The notes beneath the pieces are model-generated. The model searched no databases. It was not told the origin of the DNA and saw nothing but the letters and a program-made list of their open reading frames with translations. From positions 1 to 64,000 of the forward strand of contig ADNK01001273.1 in NCBI GenBank assembly GCA_000320545.1: a stretch of DNA of 64,000 nt, read 5' to 3'. Shown here in pieces: positions 41,169 through 52,319 of this stretch. Numbering within the stretch: position 1 is the first letter of the stretch; every line of letters starts with the position of its first letter. Made by a program: the position numbers and the translations under genes. Source of the DNA: Bigelowiella natans CCMP2755. Its lineage: Eukaryota; Protista; Cercozoa.

Positions 41169-42410
41169 ATGGCCAAGAAAAGAACTGCTGTGGCCGTTGA
41201 AATGGACAATCAAATGGGTTCGAACAATGGAAACGATAACAAAAAAGAGCTTGGGGAACTGCTACCATCTCCCCCCAAAAGAAGTAGAAATTTACCTCAA
41301 GGCCTTGATACCACTTCCTCACTCACTGTGAGGTTGGATTTGCAGCTTATAAATAAAGTTCTGAACTTCTTGGATAATAGATCCGCATCAAGAGTAAAAG
41401 CTACTTGTCAGGTCTTTAATACGCTTGGCAAAAGAAGGCAGCAGTTTCCTCACTTCTCCGGGATCATTACTACGGGCCGACTTGATGAAGCTGTGAGAAC
41501 TGCGAAAGGGTTAAACAACTCTAAGAAGTATAATCTAGAGCAAAAAGAGCCCCCAAACATCGTATGTGCGTTTCTCCAGAGAAATACCTCGGTAACACCG
41601 TCCAAAATTGCAGAAAGGTTTCCCAATGCGTCGATTTTCGGGTGCTACAATGTTGGTGTCCTCGGAGTGAACGAAGCAGGGTCTGGTACAATCGAAATTG
41701 AAGAAGAAGAAGAAGAAGAAGAAGAAGGAGACTGTCTTTCCGGGGCAGCAGCATTGACCTGGGGTTTCATCCCCGACTCGACCATAAAGACGATTTTCTT
41801 GTCGGAAGAGGACCTTCAAGCTGATCTCAAGCATGTTAGTAACCTACTCGTAAAGGCTAGCAAAACAGTCACCACTTGGAAAGGCTTTGTTCTTTGTGTA
41901 CCCCCACAGTTTTCGGCAGAGGGTATCGAATGTTTTTTGGGAACATTGCGACAGGTACAACCTCTTGCAAAAGTGTGTGGGGGTATCTCTACCAGGGAAG
42001 AAATTTTTGGGGGTCATGGAGACACTATCACAATAACTAAAGAGCGCTGTGCACTTATGTGCATTGCTGGCCGTGTTGATTTCGACTGCATCACATGTCG
42101 TAGTAAGGACGTCAAGTCAGCACTGGTACGCACAAAAAAGTCCCTGCATGATGCAGGTAAAGAGGTAATTGGAAGCCTCCTTTTCACTTGCTGCGGTCGG
42201 GGAGAAGAATTTCACCTCGAAAGGCACTTTGAGTCACAGCAGTATTGGGATCAGGTTGGCCCTGCTCCTATCAATGGCATATTTGCCGGCGGAGAAATTG
42301 GACCAAGCAGTCGTCGTAGCAATAGAGCTCATGTTCAAGGATACACTGCAGTGTATGCGGTGTTCTCCATTGAAAAGGACCTTATGAGTGGCAGATCATC
42401 AACAAAATGA
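41169..42410 (+). CDS. F-box plus FIST-domain protein, FBXO22-like (single exon)
   Basis: F-box-like LINKVLNFLDNRSASRVKATCQVF; FIST C-terminal hallmarks LLFTCCGRG...INGIFAGGEIGP...QGYTAVYAVF. First in-frame ATG at 41169. Confidence 0.8.
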   Translation: MAKKRTAVAVEMDNQMGSNNGNDNKKELGELLPSPPKRSRNLPQGLDTTSSLTVRLDLQLINKVLNFLDNRSASRVKATCQVFNTLGKRRQQFPHFSGIITTGRLDEAVRTAKGLNNSKKYNLEQKEPPNIVCAFLQRNTSVTPSKIAERFPNASIFGCYNVGVLGVNEAGSGTIEIEEEEEEEEEGDCLSGAAALTWGFIPDSTIKTIFLSEEDLQADLKHVSNLLVKASKTVTTWKGFVLCVPPQFSAEGIECFLGTLRQVQPLAKVCGGISTREEIFGGHGDTITITKERCALMCIAGRVDFDCITCRSKDVKSALVRTKKSLHDAGKEVIGSLLFTCCGRGEEFHLERHFESQQYWDQVGPAPINGIFAGGEIGPSSRRSNRAHVQGYTAVYAVFSIEKDLMSGRSSTK

Positions 42411-42479
42411 TTCATAGGATGATATCATTCTACGCTTTCTCTGTCGAAGAATAGACGAAGCGCAACACAATGCAAAGTA

Positions 42480-43420
42480 AGCTACATGTGCACATTCATT
42501 GCAGCAGGCATCGAGACGTCATCGTCACCATGCTTCTATACTCCTCAATCATGCTAGCATGTGTGCGCATGGGTGATGTGTCATTTTCTCATTGCATGCA
42601 TGTGTGCATCTAGATTTGTCTGGCTAGCAGGGTGTGTAACGTGTACGTGGATCAACATGGCGCAGCGCATACCTGCCTAGCGGCCTGCTGTGTCCATCTA
42701 GCATGGGTGTGGAGCGAGAGTGCACCTTTTTCGTGTCTTCATTTGATGCCTCTAACTAGCTAGGCCTGCTGGCTAGCTGGTCTAGCTAGCTAGCTTCCAA
42801 CTTCTCCAGCTGCTAGCTCGTTCTGCTGCGATCATTGCTTGCCTCCAGGCCTGTGCGCACACTAGCGAGTGTTGTCGTCATCAGTGTGCGGCCTGGCCCA
42901 TGCTAGCATGACAACGTGCGTCTAGTTGGACGTCATCACTGCACGACGTCTAGACGAGTCAGTCTGTGATCATGCATGACTGCAGATGATCCTGCTCGCC
43001 TGCTCGCGCGCAGCACTGCAATGCAAGCATGCACTCACAGCTGCAGCTGTTCTGTGGTCATTGTCATTTTCACGCATGGATGGCGCCCATCAATCGCATG
43101 CTGTGTCATATCAGCCATTGACCAGGTTATTGCTTGTTGGTTTGTCAGTCCTGGAGCCCAGGTAACAACCTAGCCAGCTGGCCAGCGCAGCACGTTCTGC
43201 TGGTCGATCTGGCGTTCACTGCAATCACTTGGCGAGCAAAAAATGCACACACTTTCGCCAAACAATGAGACTAACGAGGAGAGTGACAGGTTCATTTCGT
43301 CCGAGGAAGAACAAACGACGACGACGACGACGCCTTCGTGTCGTCGATCGAATCCAACGACCGTGCCAGCGTGTTTGTTGCTTGGTGTCCGACGCTGATC
43401 ATTGCTAGATTGAGCGATGT
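42480..43420. repeat. Degraded intergenic repeat-like island, TpA-depleted and CTAG-rich
   Basis: Between 42756 and 43105 every TA lies in CTAG; tandem CTAGCTAGCTAG at about 42782. Confidence 0.6.
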
Positions 43421-44175
43421 GAATGAACGAAGCACGTGTTTTTAATGATTGGTGGCACCGCCCTCTTCACAGACCCCGAAATCAACGCCCGAGGAGAGTT
43501 TTTAGCGTCCAAGAACCCCTGGTGCAATGAACCAACCCCGACAACCCTGTCCCTGACCCCAAGCAGGAATCTGCTCTTGGAGGAGGCAAAAATGCATGGG
43601 GATCCTTGAAAGCTGCAGACTGAACATGTTGTCGCAAGCATATATATTGGTCATCACCCTTCCAGTCTTGTCGCAGGACCAAAAGATCCTGCAGTCATGG
43701 CAACGAAAAAAAGAAGATAAAAAAGGAGAATTTGTTGGTACGGAAAGATTAGGACAGACGTGGTCGAGGGCGAGTCCCAAGTCGCATGGGTGCGATTGGA
43801 GGAGGTTTTTCTTCGAATTCACAGCACTTTCTGCCAAACCGATAAGGATAGCCGCCTACTCACAACGCTTGCTGACAAGTAAACCCTGTTCGGTGGTGAC
43901 CGTGCCACTTCGGCATACCGGAGAGTAGGGGGGAGAGAGAAAGAGGGGAGAGCAGGCGGGGATTAGATACCAAGAGAAGGAAGGGGGGGGGGAAGAGGGG
44001 AATGGGGGGGAGAGAGTGGTGTGAGAAGGATGAGATCTCCATCAAGAAGAAGGGGTATGATGAGTATCAGATCCGGGAATATGAATCACTTACTTTCCTC
44101 CTCCTCCTCCTCCTCCTCCTCCTCCTCCTCCTCCTCCTTCTCCTTCTTCTTATAGGCAACAGAAGGGAGGAAGAT

Positions 44176-46718
44176 ATGCCTCAGATTACTGTGGAAAATT
44201 CGGTGGGCATTCGTACGCCACTCCTCGCGAAGAAAGATGGCGGAACCTGTAGTGTCGTCCGGCGGAGAGGCCCGATTCCGCAAGGGACTTTGGTGTCCAC
44301 ATCGGTGGCAATTTCTCTCATCCTCTGCATCACTGTTTCAATCTACACTGGTGCGCCGGGGGATATTCCTGAGATTCCAGATCCTGTCCCCCTTCCAGTG
44401 AAGGGCAGCAGCAACGGCGGCCTCTTTCACGGAACGTTCCCCACTCAACAAGAAGCTCTGCAACCAGAGCCCTCACCATTCGTTATCTACGACAGGGATG
44501 GCTCTAGAATCACCCTATTCGGATACAAGTTTGATGGCGCATATGCTATGAAGAAGACTATTTGTCCTACCATTGGAACGGTGCTAGCCACCCTGCTTGC
44601 CTTCGCCCCCTTAGCAGCTATTCGTAAGGCCAAAGAAATCAAGGTGACGAGTAACAACTAGGAGTGGCAAGACTTCGAAACGTTGAGGGAACAAAGACAA
44701 TAAAGAGACTAGTGCCTGGCGCTGCCTTTTTTGATACACAGCGCTATTTTACCTTCATTCTTGAGATACTGTAAGTTTACTTCTACTTCACAATTATAAT
44801 CAATATTTGCAATAACAGGCCTTGACAACAAATCCTGCTCCTTACCCTGCGATGTTCGCGAACGCTACCAACTGGGTTGCGTACTCTTTCATCATCAAGG
44901 ATGCTTTCGTCTTCATCGGAAATCTCCCGGGAGTGGTATGTTATATGTTCTTGAAGTGTATAACAGTCGCCACTTGATGACGAAATGGCTGATTTTCTCC
45001 TCCTCATTCCATTCCATAGCGTGATTTCTCACGAATATTCAACTCTTGTCACCATTGCCACCATTGTCATCATCATCATCATCACTATCACTATCACAAT
45101 CATCACCACAGGTAATGGGATTATACTACACAATATCGGCGTTCGATGTATCACAAAACAAGGACCACAGGAGAGTGGTAGGGCAGCACGCAACCCACCC
45201 TAACCAACACTCTAATAGTTCCGAAAGGAAGTAGAGAAGATGGGGATTTTATTATTGATAGAAAAAGAAATTCATGTTACAGAAGATGGGTCTGTCTTCC
45301 TCATCGAAAGGAAATTTATGTTTGTCACCCATTACCCGTAGGTGCGGCATCTGGTATATGGGTATGCTCTTGCCTTCCCACTGCTAGCAGCTCTACTTGC
45401 AATCTTCATGAAGAATGAGCAGGTATTGTTCTTCACTCTACTACTGCTGATACTGCGACGAAGAACAAAGTGAACAACCCCTCCATCCTGTCCTGACTTG
45501 ACTGACTGATCTCCACATTGCTGCCATAATCGGCATTCTCCTCTTGTTTAGATGACGCAATACGTGATCGCGAACTTCAGCATGGCGTTCCTCATCGCGT
45601 TCTATGGTTCACCCCTCCTCGAAGCTCAGAACGTCATCGCGAAGAAAAATTCTTCGTGCTTAGATGCTCGGTAGGGAAGATCCGTAGCAGTTTAGCCTCA
45701 GGCAACCAGAAACTCGTGGTGGTGTGAGGTGGTGTTTCGTCGACGATGGGGGCATGATAGTGAGAGATTATGGAGAGTATCACCATGCTTCTTTGTCTGC
45801 CAACATCATCATCATCATGAGTGACCGTCGTATTCTTTGTTTCAAAACGCATCCAGGCTCGCATGGTGCAGTCTTGCAAACGCTGCGATGTGGCTGATTT
45901 ACGGATTTGCCCTCGGCGACTTCTGCATATGGTTTCCGAACCTTCTGGGAGCGATCCTGGTCGTTTTTATCATCACAAGTTTCATTATTTAGATAGTATT
46001 CTGCTGTCACGGCTCTCCAACCTCCAAAGCGGCAAACCCAGTCTTACACAATGCGCGTGGTATTTGCGAATACTTAACTGCATTCCCCCCCTTTCTGTTG
46101 TTCCTCCTCCTCCTCCTCCTCCTCGTCCCCCCCCCCCTTAGGCTTCTATCCAACTTGGCCTAAAATGGATGTACCCCAGTACGCAACTGGACGACATGAA
46201 CGTCGCTGAGACCCTGGTACGCTCTCGGTGCATGTATGTATGGGTAGTAGCAGAAGATTTTGAGGTACTGAGGCAGCTGCAGCCAGCTGTGTGTGATATG
46301 TGATATTTACATATCGTCTCCACCGTGTAAACTGCAGAGAGGGATGGATGGAGGACTCATTAGTTGCGTTGATGTACGACTGTGTGTGCTCGTCCCCCCT
46401 CCTCCCCCTCCCCCCCCGTTCCCCGTTCCCCGTTCCCCGTGTCCCCCCACCATCCAGATCTACAAGCCTGGAAGTCCCGAGAACTGTAAGTCGACTAAAG
46501 TTCCAAGTGCGCTAACAGCATCCGGTCCAATCGTGCAGGAATACGTATCCGGGGTCCTTCTCCCTGTGCTCAAAGCGCTTGAATTACCGGAGGAGAACGA
46601 ATTGATCTCATACATCCAAGGTGGGGGGGAGTGGGAGGAATGATGGTGCAGGAATTAAACCCAGTAACAGTCATAACGATAACGATGAGCCTGAGACTGT
46701 GGCTCAGGCAAAAGCAAG

Positions 46719-46756
<38 letters not shown>

Positions 46757-48007
46757 ATCCTCCTGCCCTACCCCTACTATTATTGCTACCATAGCTGGTT
46801 GTTGCTGTTGTTTGGTTGCTTGCACGTTTGATCTCTCGTCGTCGTGATAGGCTCACTAAAGAATAAGCAGAAGCTTGCTAGCGTGCAGGAGGTGTTAGAG
46901 AATAACGGCAGAAAGGAGAGGCACTTCGATGCCAAGGCCAGATTTGTAAGTGAAACCCTCTCCCTCCCTCCCCTCCCCTCATTCCTCCCTCTCCCCCCGC
47001 CTCCCTCCTGCCTCCCGAATCTTCGCATGCGACACGCTGATATTGGCGATTTATCGCCCTGCCACAGGTGACCGACCGCAAGTTTCAGTGGAGTCATGGC
47101 GGGTCTTTCTTAGTGGAGGAGCAGGTCGGGCGGGAAAAGAGCCGCACAGGGTTCCGCCAGATCATATCGAAGGAACTTCAAGTCAATCCAAGGGTAACAT
47201 TATCACCCGTTCGGCACCACCCCTCGTCGTTGTGACGTTCGCCATCATCAACATTTTTATCGCTCATGCCGCCGTCATCTGTTCTCCCCGTTTATCTCAT
47301 TATCCATATTGAGAATGACATGACAATCGGTATTGTCGGTTCCGGCGTGATTTGTTGATGTGATGATGATGATAACGCTGCCATTAGGCAATCGTCTCCG
47401 GGAAGAAGGTAGCATTCTGTGTGACGGACAAGTACGGTGTCATCCAGTCTTGCAGCGAGAAGTTCCTGCAGATGACAGGCTACAGGTATATGCGGGAGCG
47501 AAACTAATTAAATTCAAAACTTCATCCTCCTCCCCCTCCTGTTCAGTGGAGTAAGTTGCATTTCTCCCCGTTTTCCAACGCTGATGACTCTCCCCGATCT
47601 TGCAAAAACCAATGACTTCGAATGTTACTGTAATAGCGACGATATGAATGGTCGTTGCTGACAATAATTGTGTTTCTGGCTCCTGTCTCTCCTGCTGTCA
47701 TCTCGCAGCCTCTACGAAGTGTGCGGAGTGAACTGCAACTTTCTTCAAAGGTGGTGGTGATGGTGGTGGCGGCGGTGGACGTTCCCTGAGTTGCTTTCAA
47801 ATGAAGCAACGATAGAAATGATTATAACGGACTTCTAATTGCTGCTGAAGTTGGTGGTTGTCTGATTCTTGCGATATGTATGATGATGATGATGATGTTA
47901 TTGATGTTGTCATTCTTTTGTGTTGTCAGGGACGCCAAGGGTGTGAACAGAACCGACCCTCTAGCCATCCAGGTCAATGAACACACTTGTATTCAGCATA
48001 TTTGTGC

Positions 48008-48048
<41 letters not shown>

Positions 48049-48781
48049 TGTGTATGTGTGTGTGTATGTGATATCCTTTGTTGAAAGTGATTTCCTTGGA
48101 AGATGAGACGACGATGTTGTTTCTTTCCATTCTTCTCTCCATCATCAGCTTCAATCATCATCGTCATCATTTCCATGAATTTGACGGGCATCACCCTCAT
48201 TACGACAACTTTCAACTTTCCCCATCAGGCCCTCCGCGAAGCAATTGAAAACGGCGAGGAGCACCACACGGTACAGCAGCAGCAGCAGCTGTAGTAGTAG
48301 TAGTGGTAGTAGTAGTGGTAGTAGTAGGTAGATTCAACTGCTGAAAAAATAACAAGGTTGTCCTTATCATCATCCATCATCCATTGTCATCATTATCGTT
48401 ATCATGAAAACTATAACGACTGAAGCTAACGAACGATTAGAAGATTTCTTTATGAACAATGGCCTACTATGATGGTGGCGATGATGATAATGTTGATGAT
48501 GATGATCAGGTGTTGTATAACCACACCAAATGGGGAACGCCCTTCTGGAATCTCTTACATCTCTACCCTCTCAAGAATGCTGGAGTCGTTGACCGGTGAG
48601 TAAGTACTGCATAGCTAGCTGCAGGGCGTGAGTGTATGTCATGGATGATGATTGTAAGACATGTGATGGTTCATTTTTCAGGTACATCGGTGTGCAAGAG
48701 AAAATCGACGACAAGGAGGCTCAGGAGTTAGGGGGTAAAATAGCCTGGAATTTCGAAGTTCCGCCAAGAGTGGCTGCTTAG
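44176..48781 (+). CDS. SWEET (two MtN3/saliva repeats) sugar transporter fused to a C-terminal LOV (PAS) blue-light sensor domain; about 17 exons
   Basis: Phase-consistent GT-AG exons: 44176-44643, 44819-44935, 45112-45177, 45342-45422, 45552-45670, 45857-45959, 46142-46216 (SWEET: LLAFAPL, NPAPYPAMFANATNWVAY, GNLPG, FYGSPL, LANAAMWLIYG, PNLLGAILASIQL). Linker exons span about 46337-47192. LOV exons: 47388-47485, 47709-47750, 47930-47972, 48229-48270, 48510-48595, 48682-48781 (FCVTD...FLQMTGYSLYEVCGVNCNFLQ...TD...LREAI...VLYNHTKWGTPFWNLLHLYPL...YIGVQ). Confidence 0.88.
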
Positions 48782-49329
48782 ATGAAACAACACTTATATA
48801 CCGTTTGCGCGCTGGACTATTCTTCCTTCTTCACGCCAAACCCTAGTTGTTTTCTCCTGATTCATCATCAGGGAGATCGCTTGTGATCTCAGAATGACTC
48901 CTACTACTACTACTACTACTACTACTACTATTACTATTACTACAATTATTCATAAATATTGTCATGATTATACAGCACACAGCACTGTTGTCTTACGACA
49001 TACACATTTAGTGGCAATCTGCTACCTGCGGAAGAGTTCTTTTAATTCATTATTTATCTGTAAGCACTTAAACTGTTAAAACGAAAAAATTGCACGTGTT
49101 CTTCATCAAAAGGTGTAGACGCTGCATGGGCGCGATGATATCAGACATAATTGAACGAACACTACACGCGTACATCATTCGTTCACACGGCAGCATCGCT
49201 AGGTCGGATGATGGACGGGGTGAACTCGTAGCAAGATTTAACTGAGGAATTTGATTCATGAAAAGATCACAAAAGAGATGATCCCCAAATGTTCCGCCGT
49301 GATATGGCAACCATCTATAATTTTAAGAG

Positions 49330-49980
49330 TTGCATCAAGTTCTAATGCAAAGTGTTGTGTGCGAATGCCATGTCTGTTGGGAATCTTCAAACACGCGTGT
49401 TGCATGGTTTCATGCTAGCATGGTGGCTCGCACGGCTAGACGGTCATTGCTAGATTGTTGTCCCTGCAAACTTGCAATTCGGTCCTGCTAGCTAGCTAGA
49501 TTGCATTTCTCAGCCATGCTAGTAAGCCACACGTAATATTTCTTGATGATGATCACGACACTCACGACATGGCACCATGCCTATGCCTGCTCTAGTGCTA
49601 GCCACGTACGCACTGTGCATGACGGATGTAAATGTTTTCCAGCAGACAAGTAATGCATGTACGTAGCGTCTGCTCGTTGAATTGTAACAGTCACAGAGTC
49701 GTGCGCATAGCCGCAGGTGTCCATAGATTGGTGTGCGTGTTAATGCTCTTACAGAAGGAACCACAACACACGTAATGTGTGATTGCTCTTGGGCAGATCA
49801 AAGTTTCATCGCTCATTTGATGATTCGAATCAACGTTTTGCTCTCCTACAACTAGTTGTGTGTGAGCCATGCTACTGAACATCTGCCTCTTCGCCGTATA
49901 ATCATGTTGAATTGGTGACAGGAGCGCTCCTACACCTTTTCTATGCACATTTTAGACATTTGCACACACAGCTGCTCGAT
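49330..49980. repeat. Degraded intergenic repeat-like island, CTAG-rich and partly TpA-depleted
   Basis: Many CTAG, including gctagctagctag at about 49486; TG/CA-rich; no coding signal. Confidence 0.4.
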
Positions 49981-50030
49981 CAATGAGGTCTTTTTCGGAT
50001 CGATGGTTTAAGATCAACTGGCACATGTTT

Positions 50031-50113
<83 letters not shown>

Positions 50114-50960
50114 TACATACATACATGTATGTTATTCATATGTATATGCATCAGGGTGCATTTACTGCATTTAAAAAATGACGGGTTTAGTGATTTGTGA
50201 TTCGTTCGAAATATTTTTGGAAAATCAGTGGGAGCATGAACTTGAAGGAATATTGTTGATGGAAAATCTAGATGTTTCCTCTTCTTCTCAGCACTCTCAT
50301 CCTCTCTAATCTATCCTCTCACCGCCCTCTTCTGCTTCACACCAGCTGCCGGCTAAAGGATTAATCTGGCCGACGAAATGATGTTGGTGTTCCCCAGCCA
50401 GAAGACCTGCAGCTTCTTTTCCTTTCATTCTGCAGCTGCGACAACGAAACTGAGGATTAAAACACAGTAGAAGGGCGCATGCATTGGTTCCTTCGACCTA
50501 ATTTCGATGTCTTCGAGGGAAGAAGGAAGGCGTTTTTGAATTGTCAACTGATAATCGCTCTGGATGAGATGCAGCTCTGTGTCTAAAGGAATATCAACTC
50601 CCTCACCATTGCTTTGGTCTCAGACCCATCGCTTGCAGCGACGGTTTGCCTTTTCTCCATGCGACAATCGAAACCTAGGATGTTTTCCCCCATTCGAAGC
50701 AGTTTGTACAAGTTGGAAAGGAGATATGCTTTCTTAATTTTTTGCCTTCCTTTGGCAATAAATCCCGGAATTCGGTAATAATGCGGTGGAATCGTCTGTT
50801 AGTTTATTTATCGACAACCTCAATATGTTGTCGCTTATCCAAAATAGAACCGACGAATCTGCTTTAAGGTTGGTTTCTTGTCTAGCTAGTTATCTCTTAA
50901 ATTTAGGTCCATCAGAGTCCATCCCTCCCCGTCTACCCCTCTCAAACTTCCACGTCTACG

Positions 50961-52055
50961 ATGCCTACCGCACCTCAAATAGAAAAGAAGAACGATGACA
51001 TTATCGTTAGAACACATCAAAGCGGTATGATCGAGAAAATTATGGAAAATTCCATGGCAATCTTCTCCGTTGTCTTCCTCATTGGCATTGCTGCTTCGAA
51101 GACTATTTTGACCAAGGCAGCCTTCAAGCAAGTGGATTTTGGCTATCCGATCATCCTTTCTGGAATGTCCTGCCTTGTCACTGACACTGCAATCGCGGGC
51201 CTTTGGGGAACTGGTATGGCCTCGTACGCTGCTCCTAAGTCTGACAAACTGTGGTCCTTTGCTGTGGTCACCGTTATGACAGCCCTGGGAATGGCATTCC
51301 AGAATCTTGCATTGAACATGCTCTCCGTCGCGCTTCAACAAGCTCTTCGGGCAACCCTTCCTGTTTTCGTGATCGTTTTCGAGCGTGTGATTCTGGGAAA
51401 GTCCCATAACAAACTTATCTACGTCGCTCTAATCCCCCTCACGCTTGGCCCTATGCTGTGCCTCAAGGGGTCCAGCGGTGCTGATATTACAGTCATGGGA
51501 CTTATTTACATGACTGCAGGAGTTCTAATGTCTGCTTTAAAGGTAGTGTACCTTGAGAAGGTCGTTCGCTCTGTCCGAAAGGATATGGGTATGGTATCCT
51601 TCCTCTTCTGGCTTGACCTCTTCATGGTGCCCATTCTCGCTCCGTGGACAGTTGCAAACGGTGAAATTTTCGAGGTAGCCAGCTGGCCACAAAGGACATC
51701 TGCAATTGCATGGGGATTCCTTATCCTCGTTTCTATAATGGGAGGCCTCCGTGCATATTCCATAAATATGGTGGTCAAGCACGCTAGCGCTCTGACCAAA
51801 ACCGCCGCTGACATCTTCACTCAGGCGCTCACCATCTACGTGTCCCTTTTGATCTTCAACACTGAAGCTTCCACTATGCTTCATTTGGGTATTGCAGTCA
51901 CCGTTGCTGGTTTCGGATTTTACACAGCTATTAAGTACAACGAGAAACAGAAGAAGAAGGCGAAGAAGGCGGCGATCAAGAAGGTCGTCGAAGATAACGA
52001 TAATGAGGTGGAGCCCTTCCTCAAGCCTTCTGATGCTGTTTCTCACCGTGTATAG
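50961..52055 (+). CDS. SLC35/triose-phosphate-translocator (DMT superfamily) transporter, uninterrupted CDS
   Basis: 364-aa ORF with about 9-10 hydrophobic segments; FGYPIILSG, FQNLALNMLSVALQQALRATLPVF, VVKHASALTKT, LGIAVTVAGFGFYT are typical of TPT/nucleotide-sugar transporters. Confidence 0.85.
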   Translation: MPTAPQIEKKNDDIIVRTHQSGMIEKIMENSMAIFSVVFLIGIAASKTILTKAAFKQVDFGYPIILSGMSCLVTDTAIAGLWGTGMASYAAPKSDKLWSFAVVTVMTALGMAFQNLALNMLSVALQQALRATLPVFVIVFERVILGKSHNKLIYVALIPLTLGPMLCLKGSSGADITVMGLIYMTAGVLMSALKVVYLEKVVRSVRKDMGMVSFLFWLDLFMVPILAPWTVANGEIFEVASWPQRTSAIAWGFLILVSIMGGLRAYSINMVVKHASALTKTAADIFTQALTIYVSLLIFNTEASTMLHLGIAVTVAGFGFYTAIKYNEKQKKKAKKAAIKKVVEDNDNEVEPFLKPSDAVSHRV

Positions 52056-52319
52056 CAGGTATAGCATTTGAAGCACAGTATATGAATGACTGATCCGTGA
52101 ATTAAGCTTCATGGAAACATACTGTAAGAATTTAATACAATGAGAAAGAATCACACGTGTCAGTGATGGAGCTGAATAGATCCCTCCGTTCAATTCGGAT
52201 ATGTACGTTGCTAGCATGACTAGACGTTAATAATATCAATATGAGTTCCACATTGACGCATTAGCACAAAGCAATTCATTGCCTATCTACCTAATGTACA
52301 TTCGAGGAAGCAAACCAAA

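Noticed and set aside
51537-52217. 226-aa and other antisense ORFs over the TPT gene
   Set aside because: Shadow frames of a codon-biased CDS; no independent motifs.
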